Origin: Escherichia coli
Lineage (GTDB): Bacteria; Pseudomonadota; Gammaproteobacteria; Enterobacterales; Enterobacteriaceae
Direction: 5' to 3' (one strand)
Assembly (NCBI RefSeq): GCF_009931435.1
Contig: NZ_CP043414.1
Length of the DNA stretch: 64,000 bases
Every line of letters starts with the position of its first letter. Within the stretch, counting starts at the first letter, position 1. The translations under genes and the position numbers were made by a program. Of this stretch, positions 17,276-30,994 are shown piece by piece. The notes below the pieces were generated by a model. It made no database searches, was not told where the DNA came from, and saw only the letters and a list, made by a program, of their open reading frames with translations.

Positions 17276-18658
17276 TTATCCCACCAGCATCCAGGTCGCC
17301 GGAACTGAGGCAATTAACAGCATGCCAATCAGCACCATTTCCTGACGATTCAGTACATTATCATGTGTATGCGTTTTACGCGCGTACAGGAAGACCAGTA
17401 GCCCTGGCGCATACAGAACGACGGACAACAGCAGATGCATTGGACCAGAGGCGTACAATAACCATAAGCCATAAATGCAGGCACCGACACCTACCGCTTT
17501 ATGCAGTGGACGGGTTGCAATTTTCAGCAAGAACGCGCCGACCAGGAAATAAGGCACCAGAATCATTTCTGAGGCGATGGTCAGCAATGTGTTGTAATCG
17601 GAACCGGTCAGCCAGATCAGTACCAGACAAATTTGCACGCAGATATTGGTCAGCCACAGTGAGGCGGATGGCGCGGCTTGTGCGTTCTGGCGCGCGAAAA
17701 TGCGCGGGAATGCTTTATGGGTGGCTGCCAGGAACGGAACTTCTGCCGCCATGATGGTCCAGCTTAAGTACGCACCGCAAACGGAAACGATCAAACCGGC
17801 AGCGATGATGATTTCGCCCCACGGTCCCATCATTTCCACCATCAGACCGGCCATTGACGGGTTACGAATTTCAGCCAGTTCAGGACGTGCTACCACGCCC
17901 AGCGAAAGCAGCGTTACCAGCAAGTAAACGCCCAGAGCGGAGAGAACCGCCAGCAGTGTTGCTTTACCTACATCACGTTTATTACGCGCACGCGCCGAAA
18001 CGACCACAGCACCTTCCACACCAATGAAAACCCACAGGGTGATCAGCATGGTGTTTTTCACCTGTTCCCATACCGGTACGCCAAGTGCAAGGCCAGTAAA
18101 GTCGAGCTTGAAGGTGTCCAGTTTGAACATCATCATCGCCAGCACAATAAACAGGCCCAGCGGCAACAATTTTGCCAGTGTCGCCACCAGGTTAATGCTG
18201 GCAGCGGTTTGTACCCCGCGCAGGATCAAAAAGTGAACAATCCACAATAAAGCCGAGGCACCGACGATCGATTGCCAGGTATTGCCATCGCCAAACAGAC
18301 GCAATTCCGGCGTGTCCGTAAAAAAGCTTAACGCGGAAAAAACGATCACCAGATAGGAGACGTTGGCGATAACCGCGCACAGCCAGTACCCCCATGCGGA
18401 ACAAAAGCCGATTAACTCACCAAATCCTTCGCGGGCATAGGTAAAGATGCCGCCGTCAAGCTCGGGGCGAATGCGTGTGAGGATCAGCATGGCAAAGGCC
18501 AGCAATAAAATGCCAGCACCAGTAATGCTCCAGCCGATGAGCAGTGCTGCCGGGCTGGCAACTGCCGCCATATTTTGCGGCAGACTGAAAACACCCGCGC
18601 CCAGCATTGAGCTTAATACCAGCGCGGTGAGTGCGCTCAGTCCCAGTTTCTTTTCCAT
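17276..18658 (-). CDS. ydgI: APC-family arginine:ornithine antiporter homologue
   Basis: 460-aa polytopic ORF. Synteny. Confidence 0.88.
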   Translation of the reverse strand: MEKKLGLSALTALVLSSMLGAGVFSLPQNMAAVASPAALLIGWSITGAGILLLAFAMLILTRIRPELDGGIFTYAREGFGELIGFCSAWGYWLCAVIANVSYLVIVFSALSFFTDTPELRLFGDGNTWQSIVGASALLWIVHFLILRGVQTAASINLVATLAKLLPLGLFIVLAMMMFKLDTFKLDFTGLALGVPVWEQVKNTMLITLWVFIGVEGAVVVSARARNKRDVGKATLLAVLSALGVYLLVTLLSLGVVARPELAEIRNPSMAGLMVEMMGPWGEIIIAAGLIVSVCGAYLSWTIMAAEVPFLAATHKAFPRIFARQNAQAAPSASLWLTNICVQICLVLIWLTGSDYNTLLTIASEMILVPYFLVGAFLLKIATRPLHKAVGVGACIYGLWLLYASGPMHLLLSVVLYAPGLLVFLYARKTHTHDNVLNRQEMVLIGMLLIASVPATWMLVG

Positions 18659-18843
18659 CGATATCCAGTGGTTAAAACGTGATTAGAAGAATAAATATTA
18701 GGGCAAAACGCATAAAAATGGAGTTTGCCACTGAAGCGCGGGATTTTACGAAGAGATGTGTCTGCATGCAATGGTCGTGGGGAAATTTGTGACTAAAAAT
18801 GCGAAAGGCGGCATTAAGCCGCCTTATAGTGGTAACTGAATAG

Positions 18844-19788
18844 TTATTTATACAGATCTGCGCTAACGGTGAGGTTATTACCACGTTCCTGCCACTGGCG
18901 GGTGATGTGGTAATACTTAGCGCCTTTCTTCGCGGCACGTTTCGCAACCTGATAGGAGACTTCGGTCATGTTGCCATAGTTGCCAGAGAATTTGATGCTG
19001 TCGAATGGAACCATCATCGCTGCTGTTGCTTTGTTCAGTTCTTCGACTTTAGTACCATCAGGAAGCGTGACAGTGTAACGCCCGCCTTTTGATGACTGGG
19101 TTTCAAAGAAGCGACCAACTTCAGAACTTGGTGATGCGGTTGTCGCAACCCCTGGGATCTCTACTTTCTTCGCTGCTTCGCCACCCGCAGCCAGAGCTGC
19201 ACGTCCCGCTTCGGAATCTGCCGGGATCACATCCGGGCTTTGTACGACGCGTTTCTTAGCATCTTTTTTATAGATGAACGCTGTAATGCGCTGGTTACCG
19301 CCCTGGTTAGCATCGATTTGACGAACAATGTAGAAAGCGTAAGCGCCTTTCGCTTTTGCCGCTTTGGTGATGGCGTCATTGACTTCAGGCTGGCTACGAT
19401 AGAAGCCCTGAACGGTAACCGTATCAAACGGTTCAATCAGAACGGCCTGATCTTTTGGCAGTTCGACAACACCGTTGATAACGCGATTACTTGTTTCTTC
19501 GGCTTTTTCAGCATCGGCTTTATAGAGGTCAGCGACCACACGCCAGTTACCGCTGTTACCAAAATCAGAAGTGTCGACAACATAAAAAGAGGCGGCACCT
19601 TCTTTATCAGCGCGACGAGAAACGGCTTTCACCGCTTCGCCAATAGCATTAAAACGACCGGTAACCACTACACGGTCAAAAGGTTTAACCGCTGCCGCTT
19701 GCTCCGGTGTCAGTTCTGTTGCTGCGTTAACGGAAAAGGCCGTAGCAGAAAGCAGTGCCGACGCCAGGAGGGTGTTCTTAAGCTTCAT
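18844..19788 (-). CDS. ydgH: periplasmic protein with three DUF1471 (YdgH/BhsA-type) repeats
   Basis: 314-aa ORF with a signal peptide (…SVNA/ATE). An internal triplicated motif ends ...VSADLYK. Confidence 0.88.
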   Translation of the reverse strand: MKLKNTLLASALLSATAFSVNAATELTPEQAAAVKPFDRVVVTGRFNAIGEAVKAVSRRADKEGAASFYVVDTSDFGNSGNWRVVADLYKADAEKAEETSNRVINGVVELPKDQAVLIEPFDTVTVQGFYRSQPEVNDAITKAAKAKGAYAFYIVRQIDANQGGNQRITAFIYKKDAKKRVVQSPDVIPADSEAGRAALAAGGEAAKKVEIPGVATTASPSSEVGRFFETQSSKGGRYTVTLPDGTKVEELNKATAAMMVPFDSIKFSGNYGNMTEVSYQVAKRAAKKGAKYYHITRQWQERGNNLTVSADLYK

Positions 19789-20248
19789 AAAAATAATCCT
19801 TCGCCTTGCGCAAACCAGGTACTGGTATTGTTATTAACGAGAAACGTGGCTGATTATTGCATTTAAACGGTGTAACTGTCTGCGTCATTTTTCATATCAC
19901 ATTCCTTAAGCCAATTTTAATCCTGTTCAAATGACGGTCTATGCTTAAAAAACAGCCGTATCAGCATCAATACTACTGAAGCAACTGAATTGTATAAGTT
20001 AATTTAATGTTAAGTAATGATTCGTGCCGGGGCGATATCACGTTTTACCTGTCCACCGAAGATAATTATCAGTCTTTATCTAGCGTTCTAAGGTGTTTAT
20101 CCCACTATCACGGCTGAATCGTTAATATTTTGCGAGTTCACGCCGAAATACTGATTTTTGGCGCTAGATCACAGGCATAATTTTCAGTACGTTATAGGGC
20201 GTTTGTTACTAATTTATTTTAACGGAGTAACATTTAGCTCGTACATGA

Positions 20249-21844
<1,596 letters not shown>

Positions 21845-21851
21845 GGGGTAA

Positions 21852-23243
<1,392 letters not shown>

Positions 23244-23247
23244 ACTT

Positions 23248-23276
23248 GACGGCCTCTGCGGAGGCCGTCACTCTTT
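23248..23276. terminator. Hairpin between convergent pntB and tqsA
   Basis: GACGGCCTC-tgcg-GAGGCCGTC followed by a T-rich stretch. Overlaps the tqsA stop. Confidence 0.7.
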
Positions 23277-24302
23277 ATTGAGATCGCTTAACAGAACGGC
23301 GATGCTTTGACCTCCCGCTGTTTGTTCAAGCGCAATTTTGACAATAATTGTCAACGGCACGGAAAGCAGCATACCCACCGGTCCTAACAACCATCCCCAA
23401 AAAATCAACGACAGAAATACCACCAATGTGGAAAGCCCCAGCCCACGCCCCATGATCCGCGGCTCCAGAATATTGCCGAAGACCAGATTAATCAGCAGAT
23501 ATCCCGCCAGCACCAGCAACGCTTCGTAGAAGCCATTAAACACCAGTACCTGAGCGATAGGGGGGATTGCCGCGAGGACTGAACCAATATTCGGGATGTA
23601 ATTAAGCGCAAAGGCCAGCAATCCCCAGACAAAAGCGAAGCGAACATCGAGTGCGGCGAGCATCGCCCAGGCGACCAGGCCGGTGATGATGCTGATGGCT
23701 GTTTTCAGCACCAGATAATGAGACACACTGTCAATCGCGCGCTGAATCGCCGCCATCCCTTCAACCGGACGCGCCATCATTTGCTGAAATTTTCCGGGCA
23801 ATTGTGGCACTTCGAGCAGCATAAACAACACCGTCAGCAGCAATAAAAATATTGATGACATGGCATTAGATAACTGCGTCAATAAGTTGGTGAGCAACGT
23901 CATCGCCGCGTTCGGATCAATGTAATGCGCCAGTTGGTCAACTGAGACGTCAATCCCTACGCGTTGCAACAACGGCTCAAGAGCTTGCAGCGGCGTCATA
24001 ATAGAGTTGCGATATTGCGGTAACGTCCGCGTCAACTCGTTGAGCGCGGAACCCAGATAAGCTAACAGCAACACCATAGCCATCACGATGATGGTCATCA
24101 AAATCGACACCGCCAGTACACGCGGCACTCGCCAGCGGACCATGTGTTGCACCAGCGGGTTAAGAATAACAGCAATAAATAATGCGAGAATAAACGGCAC
24201 GATGATCTCGGCGGCAAAACGGATACCGCAGAGAATAATGACCAGCATTCCCAACATAATGACGATTTTTAGACCATTGAGCGTGATGATCGGCTTTGCC
24301 AT
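23268..24302 (-). CDS. tqsA: AI-2 exporter (PerM/AI-2E family)
   Basis: 344-aa polytopic ORF. Synteny (formerly ydgG). Confidence 0.9.
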
Positions 24303-24469
24303 GCTTGTCCCCGTTTTTTCTTTCTTTGCTAATAATAATGTCTTTTTCGTTCCGTCATCATAACGAAAATCAAACTGCTCAGGTAAAGAAGTGAAAATAT
24401 TTTGAGTTAATTCTTAAGCTATGATACAAATCAGGCGTGTTCAACTACCGAGGACAATTATCATCCGCG

Positions 24470-24607
24470 ATGATGAGAAGCAACACTGCGGATAATTGTA
24501 ATATTATGGACAATTTGTTCAGGACGTTATTTTCTACATTTACCCATCTTCGTACCTCATCCACTATTTTGCTCGTAGGTGAGCAGCACTGGCGCAACGC
24601 GCTTTAG
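24470..24607 (+). CDS. Upstream ORF in the mdtJI leader (45 codons from ATG 24470, or 33 from ATG 24506)
   Basis: Reads MMRSNTADNCNIMDNLFRTLFSTFTHLRTSSTILLVGEQHWRNAL. Overlaps an imperfect long inverted repeat (ACAATTATCATCCGC / GCGGATAATTGT). May correspond to the reported mdtJI uORF (mdtU), but I cannot confirm this. No clear SD sequence. Confidence 0.3.
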   Translation: MMRSNTADNCNIMDNLFRTLFSTFTHLRTSSTILLVGEQHWRNAL

Positions 24608-24713
24608 TCCTTTCTTCTGCCTAACCTTGCGCTATGCGCGGGGCTTGATCACTTTGCTCTGGTTTCGCTGAATTGAGCGAAAGATAAAATAATTCTCTTG
24701 CAGGAGAAGGACG

Positions 24714-25079
24714 ATGTATATTTATTGGATTTTATTAGGTCTGGCTATTGCTACGGAAATTACCGGCACGCTGTCAATGAAATGGGCGAGCGTCAGTGAG
24801 GGTAATGGCGGTTTTATTTTAATGCTGGTGATGATTTCTCTGTCGTATATATTTCTCTCCTTCGCCGTTAAAAAAATCGCCTTAGGCGTAGCTTATGCGC
24901 TGTGGGAAGGTATCGGTATTTTATTGATTACCTTGTTTAGCGTTTTGTTATTCGATGAAAGTTTATCGCTGATGAAAATTGCCGGGTTAACGACCCTGGT
25001 GGCTGGGATTGTATTAATCAAATCAGGTACCCGTAAAGCGTGTAAACCTGAGCCGGAGGTGAACCATGGCGCAGTTTGA
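24714..25079 (+). CDS. mdtJ: SMR-family spermidine exporter subunit MdtJ
   Basis: 121-aa ORF with four TM segments, starting [26 protein letters not shown]. Confidence 0.94.
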   Translation: MYIYWILLGLAIATEITGTLSMKWASVSEGNGGFILMLVMISLSYIFLSFAVKKIALGVAYALWEGIGILLITLFSVLLFDESLSLMKIAGLTTLVAGIVLIKSGTRKACKPEPEVNHGAV

Positions 25080-25395
25080 ATGGGTACACGCCGTCTGGCT
25101 GGCATTGGCAATCGTGCTGGAAATCGTTGCTAATGTCTTTTTGAAATTTTCTGACGGCTTTCGTCGCAAAATCTATGGTTTGCTCTCCCTGGCGGCGGTG
25201 CTGGCTGCCTTTAGTGCGCTTTCTCAAGCCGTTAAAGGGATTGACTTGTCTGTAGCCTATGCATTGTGGGGCGGATTTGGTATTGCCGCCACGTTAGTCG
25301 CAGGTTGGGTTTTGTTTGGTCAACGTTTAAATCGCAAAGGCTGGATTGGCCTGGTCTTGCTGTTGGCTGGAATGATTATGGTGAAGTTTGCCTGA
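25066..25395 (+). CDS. mdtI: SMR-family spermidine exporter subunit MdtI
   Basis: 109-aa ORF ([29 protein letters not shown]). Overlaps the mdtJ 3' end. Confidence 0.94.
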   Translation: MAQFEWVHAVWLALAIVLEIVANVFLKFSDGFRRKIYGLLSLAAVLAAFSALSQAVKGIDLSVAYALWGGFGIAATLVAGWVLFGQRLNRKGWIGLVLLLAGMIMVKFA

Positions 25396-25400
25396 TGAAC

Positions 25401-25429
25401 ACGCTGCCCGTGCTGTCGGGCAGCGTTTG
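25401..25429. terminator. 10-bp hairpin between convergent mdtI and ydgD
   Basis: ACGCTGCCCG-tgctgt-CGGGCAGCGT followed by TT. Confidence 0.55.
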
Positions 25430-25433
25430 AATG

Positions 25434-26255
25434 CTATTTTTGCAAAAGTTGGTCTAGCTTGTCGCGAAAACCAGTGACAGAAATGGCCCGGTTATCGGCA
25501 CGCCAGCGATCTTTCGCGGCAGGAGCCGAACTTTGCACGCCAATTAACTGCCAGCCGTCATCGGTATGCAACATCAGAGGCGAACCGCTGTCACCCGGCA
25601 AGGTATCGCACTGATGTGACATCACCGACGTTTGCGCCCAGCCAGTTACTTCACAGTTTTGATGACTGTACAACGTATCGAGATGATCTTCAGGGTATCC
25701 CGCTTGAGTCACTTTTCGACCTGCCGCTTTTAATGCGGCGGTAAGTGCGGCTTTATCTCCCGCAAATAACGGCAATGGTGTAATGCCAGAAGGGGGATTA
25801 CGTAGCACAATCAAACCGAAGTCCCACGGCGCAGCTGCGGGAGGAACAATCCAACCATCCCCATCTGCTTTTAACCGCTTTCCCAGTGTCGGGTCAACGC
25901 GGCCTTCTATGTCGTGGATCTCATAGCGCCAAAGACCTTTATTTGACACAAAACGCAGCGCCACCGCTTTATCGGCTTTACCCTTTGGCGGCGTCAATAA
26001 ACAGTGTCCTGCCGTTAATGCCAGATTGGGTGCAATTAGCGTCGCCGTACATAAATTGCCGCTGGCCGTTTCCAGTTGCCCAACCGCATCCCACGGTGAT
26101 TGGGTCGTGTCATTCACTGGCACACGATCATCATGACCAAAAAACAGGGTGCTGACCTCATCGTTTGCCGATTTGGCAACGTCTGGTTTATCTGCAAACA
26201 CAAAAGCAGACGTCAAACTAATTGCACCCAACACTACTGCAATGGTTGTACGCAT
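25434..26255 (-). CDS. ydgD: secreted trypsin-like serine protease
   Basis: 273-aa ORF with a signal peptide, TAGHC histidine motif and GDSGSP serine motif. Confidence 0.9.
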   Translation of the reverse strand: MRTTIAVVLGAISLTSAFVFADKPDVAKSANDEVSTLFFGHDDRVPVNDTTQSPWDAVGQLETASGNLCTATLIAPNLALTAGHCLLTPPKGKADKAVALRFVSNKGLWRYEIHDIEGRVDPTLGKRLKADGDGWIVPPAAAPWDFGLIVLRNPPSGITPLPLFAGDKAALTAALKAAGRKVTQAGYPEDHLDTLYSHQNCEVTGWAQTSVMSHQCDTLPGDSGSPLMLHTDDGWQLIGVQSSAPAAKDRWRADNRAISVTGFRDKLDQLLQK

Positions 26256-26354
26256 ATCACACTCTGGTGGGTAATTATGATTATTAAAAGCAAACCCTCA
26301 TAAATACTATAGACGGGACGGGATGAAAGTGGGAGCAAAATCAGATAACTACGA

Positions 26355-26438
26355 TCAGGAAAGATAAAAACGGGTGGCAATCAGTGCGCATAAAATAAGG
26401 ATGATAAGAATGAACTCAAAGCGATAACGGCCCACCAT
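26355..26438 (-). CDS. ydgU: 27-aa small hydrophobic protein YdgU
   Basis: My own translation of the minus strand gives MVGRYRFEFILIILILCALIATRFYLS. Not in the ORF track because it is shorter than 60 aa. Matches the remembered K-12 small protein. Confidence 0.7.
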   Translation of the reverse strand: MVGRYRFEFILIILILCALIATRFYLS

Positions 26439-26530
26439 ACTACCCTCCGCTAAAGGCGGTGCCAAACGTTACCCGCTTAGCACCGTAATTTTCAGGCGCG
26501 AGGGGGCGCGCCAGCATTACTGTTGAAAAC

Positions 26531-26839
26531 TTACGCTGCGGGTTGTGCAGCAGGTTTTGCCGGTTGCTGATGGCTGTGTTTCTTGGCGTGTTTCTTCGCT
26601 GCCTGCGCTTTTTGTTCAGGGGCTTTCTGTTCAGCTTTCGCATTTTTATGATGCTTTTTAGCCGCCTGCGCTTTCTGGGCAGGTGCTGCTTTATGCTGTT
26701 TTTTATGATGTGTAGTTTTCGCCGGCGCTGCTTTGGTGGTCGTCGCAGTCGGAGCAGGTGTGGTCGCAGTCTCTGCAGCAAAGGCGGCAGAAGACAGACC
26801 CATAGCAGCGGCAACAACCAGAGCTAATACTTTTTTCAT
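26531..26839 (-). CDS. asr: acid shock protein
   Basis: Start at [21 protein letters not shown] (102 aa). Lys/Ala/Gln/His-rich low-complexity mature part. Confidence 0.93.
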   Translation of the reverse strand: MKKVLALVVAAAMGLSSAAFAAETATTPAPTATTTKAAPAKTTHHKKQHKAAPAQKAQAAKKHHKNAKAEQKAPEQKAQAAKKHAKKHSHQQPAKPAAQPAA

Positions 26840-26942
26840 TGTCATACCCTCAATTTGTTTTTTCATTTAACCCCACTGCGGGGCCGTTGAAATAACTATA
26901 TCCCTGGGAATGGCAGACTTCCGTGAGTGGTTGGTTTCAGCG

Positions 26943-26956
26943 TGTAACGATATGTA
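26943..26956 (-). promoter_or_regulatory. RstA-box-like site upstream of asr
   Basis: The minus strand reads TACATATCGTTACA, fitting the remembered RstA box TACATNTNGTTACA. It lies about 105-118 bp upstream of the asr ATG. Confidence 0.5.
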
Positions 26957-27261
26957 CAAACGTTAAATAAATTACAGCGTTGATAATAACGTATTGTGAC
27001 TTAAGGGAAATTTAGCTACCAATAATAGTAGTCTTGATCGGGTTAACTATTTTACTACTTACAAAGCGGTAGAATAACTGCGCATCAGTAATAAATGACA
27101 CACAGCAAAATGAATCCGTTTATTTGGGTACTTATAATCCTGATGACACTAGATGCGCTGCGGGAATTGGCTGGCGCTTCGTCTATTTTAGGATGGCTAT
27201 TAACGTTGGTTTGAGCAGGCAATAAGTCCGGATGGGTATTTACCGCAGTCCGGACTTATTT

Positions 27262-28515
27262 TTAGGCGTGCAGACGACGATGCAAACGCGTCCCGACCAG
27301 CAGAGCAATGACCAGCATCAGAGCAATAAATGCGCCGACGCCGTTCCAGCCATAGTTATGCCAGAAAACACCACCCAGCGTCCCGGCAATACTCGACCCC
27401 AGATAGTAACTGAACAGATACAGCGAGGAGGCCTGGCCTTTAGCGCGTTTTGCGCGGGGGCCGATCCAGCTGCTGGCAACTGAGTGGGCTGCGAAGAATC
27501 CGGCTGAGAAGAGTAACATTCCGGCAAAGATTAGCCACAGCGAGCTGAATAAGGTCATCAGTAAACCAAACAGCATAACCCCCGTCGAAAACAACATCAC
27601 CGGACCGCGCCCATAACGGGTGGTCATGGTTCCGGCTTTGGGTGAGCTCCATGTACCGGTCAAATAAGCCAGCGATAATAAGCCAACCACGGCCTGACTG
27701 ACATGCCAGGGGGAGAGCATCAACCGATAGCCGATGTAATTAAACAGCGTGACGAACGACCCCATCAGCAAAAAGCCTTCTGCGAACAATAACGGCAATC
27801 CCCGGTCACGCCAGTGCAGACGAAAGTTGATAAATAACGTCTTTGGTCGCAGGGAAGTCGGGCGAAAATGGCGTGATTCCGGGAGGATTTTCCAGAACAT
27901 CAACGCCGAGGTCAGCGCGAAACAGCCGATAGCCGCCAGAGCAATTCGCCAGTTGAAAAAGTCCGTGAAGACACCGCTAATTAAGCGTCCGCTCATGCCG
28001 CCAATTGAGTTGCCGCTGATATACAACCCCATCGAAAAGGCCACGAAACTGGGGTGGATTTCCTCGCTAAGATAAGTCATGCCAACAGCTGCAACGCCAC
28101 TTAACGAAAGCCCAATCAAGGCGCGCATAATCAAAATGCCGTGCCAGCTGGTCATCATTGTCGAAAGTAACGTACAAATGGAGGCCAACAGTAGCGCCGT
28201 GACCATCACTGGTTTGCGACCAATGGCATCGGATAGCGGGCCAGTAAACAGCAAACCGATAGCCAACATCGCCGTTGAAATGGACAGTGAAATACTACTG
28301 TTCGCAGGCGTTAAGCCAAACTCCTGCGAAAGCACCGGAAGGATAGGTTGCACACAATAGAGAAGTGCGAAGGTTGCCAGTCCGGCAGAGAAAAGCGCCA
28401 GGGTGACGCGCATAAATTGCGGCGTACCGCGTTTAATAAATTGATTTGGCTGAGAAATGCTTTGCTTGTCAGTGACGCTTGCCGGAGCGCCATCAACAGT
28501 TGTAGTACGGCTCAC
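27262..28515 (-). CDS. ynfM: MFS transporter
   Basis: 417-aa ORF with about 12 TM segments. Divergent from the LysR gene ynfL. Confidence 0.9.
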   Translation of the reverse strand: MSRTTTVDGAPASVTDKQSISQPNQFIKRGTPQFMRVTLALFSAGLATFALLYCVQPILPVLSQEFGLTPANSSISLSISTAMLAIGLLFTGPLSDAIGRKPVMVTALLLASICTLLSTMMTSWHGILIMRALIGLSLSGVAAVGMTYLSEEIHPSFVAFSMGLYISGNSIGGMSGRLISGVFTDFFNWRIALAAIGCFALTSALMFWKILPESRHFRPTSLRPKTLFINFRLHWRDRGLPLLFAEGFLLMGSFVTLFNYIGYRLMLSPWHVSQAVVGLLSLAYLTGTWSSPKAGTMTTRYGRGPVMLFSTGVMLFGLLMTLFSSLWLIFAGMLLFSAGFFAAHSVASSWIGPRAKRAKGQASSLYLFSYYLGSSIAGTLGGVFWHNYGWNGVGAFIALMLVIALLVGTRLHRRLHA

Positions 28516-28621
28516 TTGAAATCCTTGCTAAATATGCCTGTGGATCAGGCTTATGAATAGATTAGGAAAATCGAATTGTTCTGTCTAATATATTAATAAT
28601 CTCAAATAAGATGTTTTAAAT

Positions 28622-29515
28622 ATGAATATTGAACTTCGTCATCTGCGTTACTTTGTTGCTGTTGCGGAAGAGCTGCATTTCGGGCGCGCCGCTGCCCGCC
28701 TGAATATTTCGCAACCACCGCTAAGTCAGCAGATTCAGGCGCTGGAGCAACAAATTGGTGCCCGACTGCTGGCACGGACCAATCGCAGTGTATTGCTGAC
28801 GGAAGCAGGAAAACAGTTTCTTGCAGATAGTCGGCAAATCCTGTCTATGGTGGATGACGCTGCCGCTCGCGCTGAAAGGCTGCATCAGGGCGAAGCGGGG
28901 GAGTTGCGCATTGGTTTTACTTCGTCCGCTCCTTTTATTCGGGCGGTGTCCGATACGTTATCGCTGTTTCGTCGTGATTATCCCGATGTCCATTTACAAA
29001 CCCGCGAAATGAACACTCGCGAGCAAATCGCTCCGCTCATTGAAGGAACGCTGGATATGGGATTGCTGCGTAACACAGCGTTACCGGAGACGCTTGAACA
29101 CGCAGTCATCGTCCATGAACCGCTTATGGCGATGATCCCGCACGATCATCCCCTGGCAAATAACCCGAGTGTAACGCTGGCTGAACTGGCGAAAGAACCC
29201 TTTGTCTTTTTTGATCCGCACGTAGGGACAGGGCTGTATGACGATATTCTCGGGCTGATGAGACGTTACAATTTGACGCCCGTCATCACTCAGGAGGTGG
29301 GTGAGGCAATGACCATCATCGGTCTGGTTTCCGCTGGTCTGGGTGTTTCAATTTTGCCTGCGTCATTTAAACGTGTTCAGCTCAACGAAATGCGCTGGGT
29401 GCCGATTGCTGAAGAGGATGCGGTTTCTGAAATGTGGTTGGTCTGGCCGAAACACCATGAACAAAGTCCGGCTGCGCGTAACTTTCGTATTCATCTGCTG
29501 AATGCTCTCAGGTGA
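28622..29515 (+). CDS. ynfL: LysR-family transcriptional regulator
   Basis: 297-aa ORF with an N-terminal LysR HTH (MNIELRHLRYFVAVAEELHFGRAAARLNISQPPLSQQIQALE). Confidence 0.9.
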   Translation: MNIELRHLRYFVAVAEELHFGRAAARLNISQPPLSQQIQALEQQIGARLLARTNRSVLLTEAGKQFLADSRQILSMVDDAAARAERLHQGEAGELRIGFTSSAPFIRAVSDTLSLFRRDYPDVHLQTREMNTREQIAPLIEGTLDMGLLRNTALPETLEHAVIVHEPLMAMIPHDHPLANNPSVTLAELAKEPFVFFDPHVGTGLYDDILGLMRRYNLTPVITQEVGEAMTIIGLVSAGLGVSILPASFKRVQLNEMRWVPIAEEDAVSEMWLVWPKHHEQSPAARNFRIHLLNALR

Positions 29516-29649
29516 GGGAAATTTCAGCGAAAAAGCCCGAAAAATGTGCTGTTAATCACATGCCTAAGTAAAAATTTGACGACACGTATTGAAGTGCTTC
29601 ACCATAGCCTACAGATTATTTCGGAGCGCGAAAATATAGGGAGTATGCG

Positions 29650-30870
29650 GTGGTTGCTGAAAACCAGCCTGGGCACATTGATCAAATAAAGCAGACCAAC
29701 GCGGGCGCGGTTTATCGCCTGATTGATCAGCTTGGTCCAGTCTCGCGTATCGATCTTTCCCGTCTGGCGCAACTGGCTCCTGCCAGTATCACCAAAATTG
29801 TCCGTGAGATGCTCGAAGCACACCTGGTGCAAGAGCTGGAAATCAAAGAAGCGGGGAACCGTGGCCGTCCGGCGGTGGGGCTGGTGGTTGAAACTGAAGC
29901 CTGGCACTATCTTTCTCTGCGCATTAGTCGCGGGGAGATTTTCCTTGCTTTGCGCGATCTGAGCAGCAAACTGGTGGTGGAGGAGTCGCAGGAACTGGCG
30001 TTAAAAGATGACTCGCCATTGTTGGATCGTATCATTTCCCATATCGATCAGTTTTTTATCCGCCATCAGAAAAAACTTGAGCGTCTGACTTCTATTGCCA
30101 TTACCTTGCCGGGAATTATTGATACGGAAAATGGTATTGTACATCGCATGCCGTTCTACGAGGATGTAAAAGAGATGCCGCTCGGCGAGGCGCTGGAGCA
30201 GCATACCGGCGTACCGGTTTATATTCAGCATGATATCAGCGCATGGACGATGGCTGAGGCCTTGTTTGGTGCCTCACGCGGGGCGCGCGATGTGATTCAG
30301 GTGGTTATCGATCACAACGTGGGGGCGGGCGTCATTACCGATGGTCATCTGCTACACGCAGGCAGCAGTAGCCTCGTGGAGATTGGTCACACGCAGGTCG
30401 ACCCATATGGGAAACGCTGTTATTGCGGGAATCACGGCTGCCTCGAAACCATTGCCAGTGTGGACAGTATTCTTGAGTTGGCACAGCTGCGTCTCAATCA
30501 ATCCATGAGCTCGATGTTACACGGACAGCCGTTAACCGTTGACTCATTGTGTCAGGCGGCATTGCACGGCGATCTGCTGGCAAAAGACATCATTACCGGG
30601 GTAGGCGCACATGTTGGGCGCATTCTTGCCATCATGGTGAATTTATTTAACCCACAAAAAATACTGATTGGCTCACCGTTAAGTAAAGCAGCAGATATCC
30701 TCTTCCCGGTCATCTCGGATAGCATCCGTCAGCAGGCCCTTCCTGCGTATAGTAAGCACATTAGCGTTGAGAGTACCCAGTTTTCTAACCAGGGTACGAT
30801 GGCGGGCGCTGCGCTGGTAAAAGACGCGATGTATAACGGTTCTTTGTTGATTCGTCTGTTGCAGGGTTAA
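29650..30870 (+). CDS. mlc: ROK-family global regulator Mlc (DgsA)
   Basis: 406-aa ORF with GTG start (MVAENQPGHIDQIKQTNAGAVYRLID...). Zinc motif CYCGNHGCLE. Confidence 0.95.
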   Translation: MVAENQPGHIDQIKQTNAGAVYRLIDQLGPVSRIDLSRLAQLAPASITKIVREMLEAHLVQELEIKEAGNRGRPAVGLVVETEAWHYLSLRISRGEIFLALRDLSSKLVVEESQELALKDDSPLLDRIISHIDQFFIRHQKKLERLTSIAITLPGIIDTENGIVHRMPFYEDVKEMPLGEALEQHTGVPVYIQHDISAWTMAEALFGASRGARDVIQVVIDHNVGAGVITDGHLLHAGSSSLVEIGHTQVDPYGKRCYCGNHGCLETIASVDSILELAQLRLNQSMSSMLHGQPLTVDSLCQAALHGDLLAKDIITGVGAHVGRILAIMVNLFNPQKILIGSPLSKAADILFPVISDSIRQQALPAYSKHISVESTQFSNQGTMAGAALVKDAMYNGSLLIRLLQG

Positions 30871-30994
30871 CATTTTTTAACTGTTCTACCAAAATTTGCG
30901 CTATCTCAATTTGGGCCAGGAAAGCATAACTTAGACTTTCAAGGTTAATTATTTTCCTGGTTTATATTTGTGAAGCATAACGGTGGAGTTAGTG

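Noticed and set aside
26440-26866. Repetitive Lys/Ala/Gln/His coding repeats, with overlapping ORFs on both strands (26440-26817 minus, 26543-26827 plus).
   Set aside because: This is the known low-complexity acid shock protein Asr. The extra ORFs are frame and strand artefacts of the compositional repeat, not a tandem-repeat element or CRISPR-like array.
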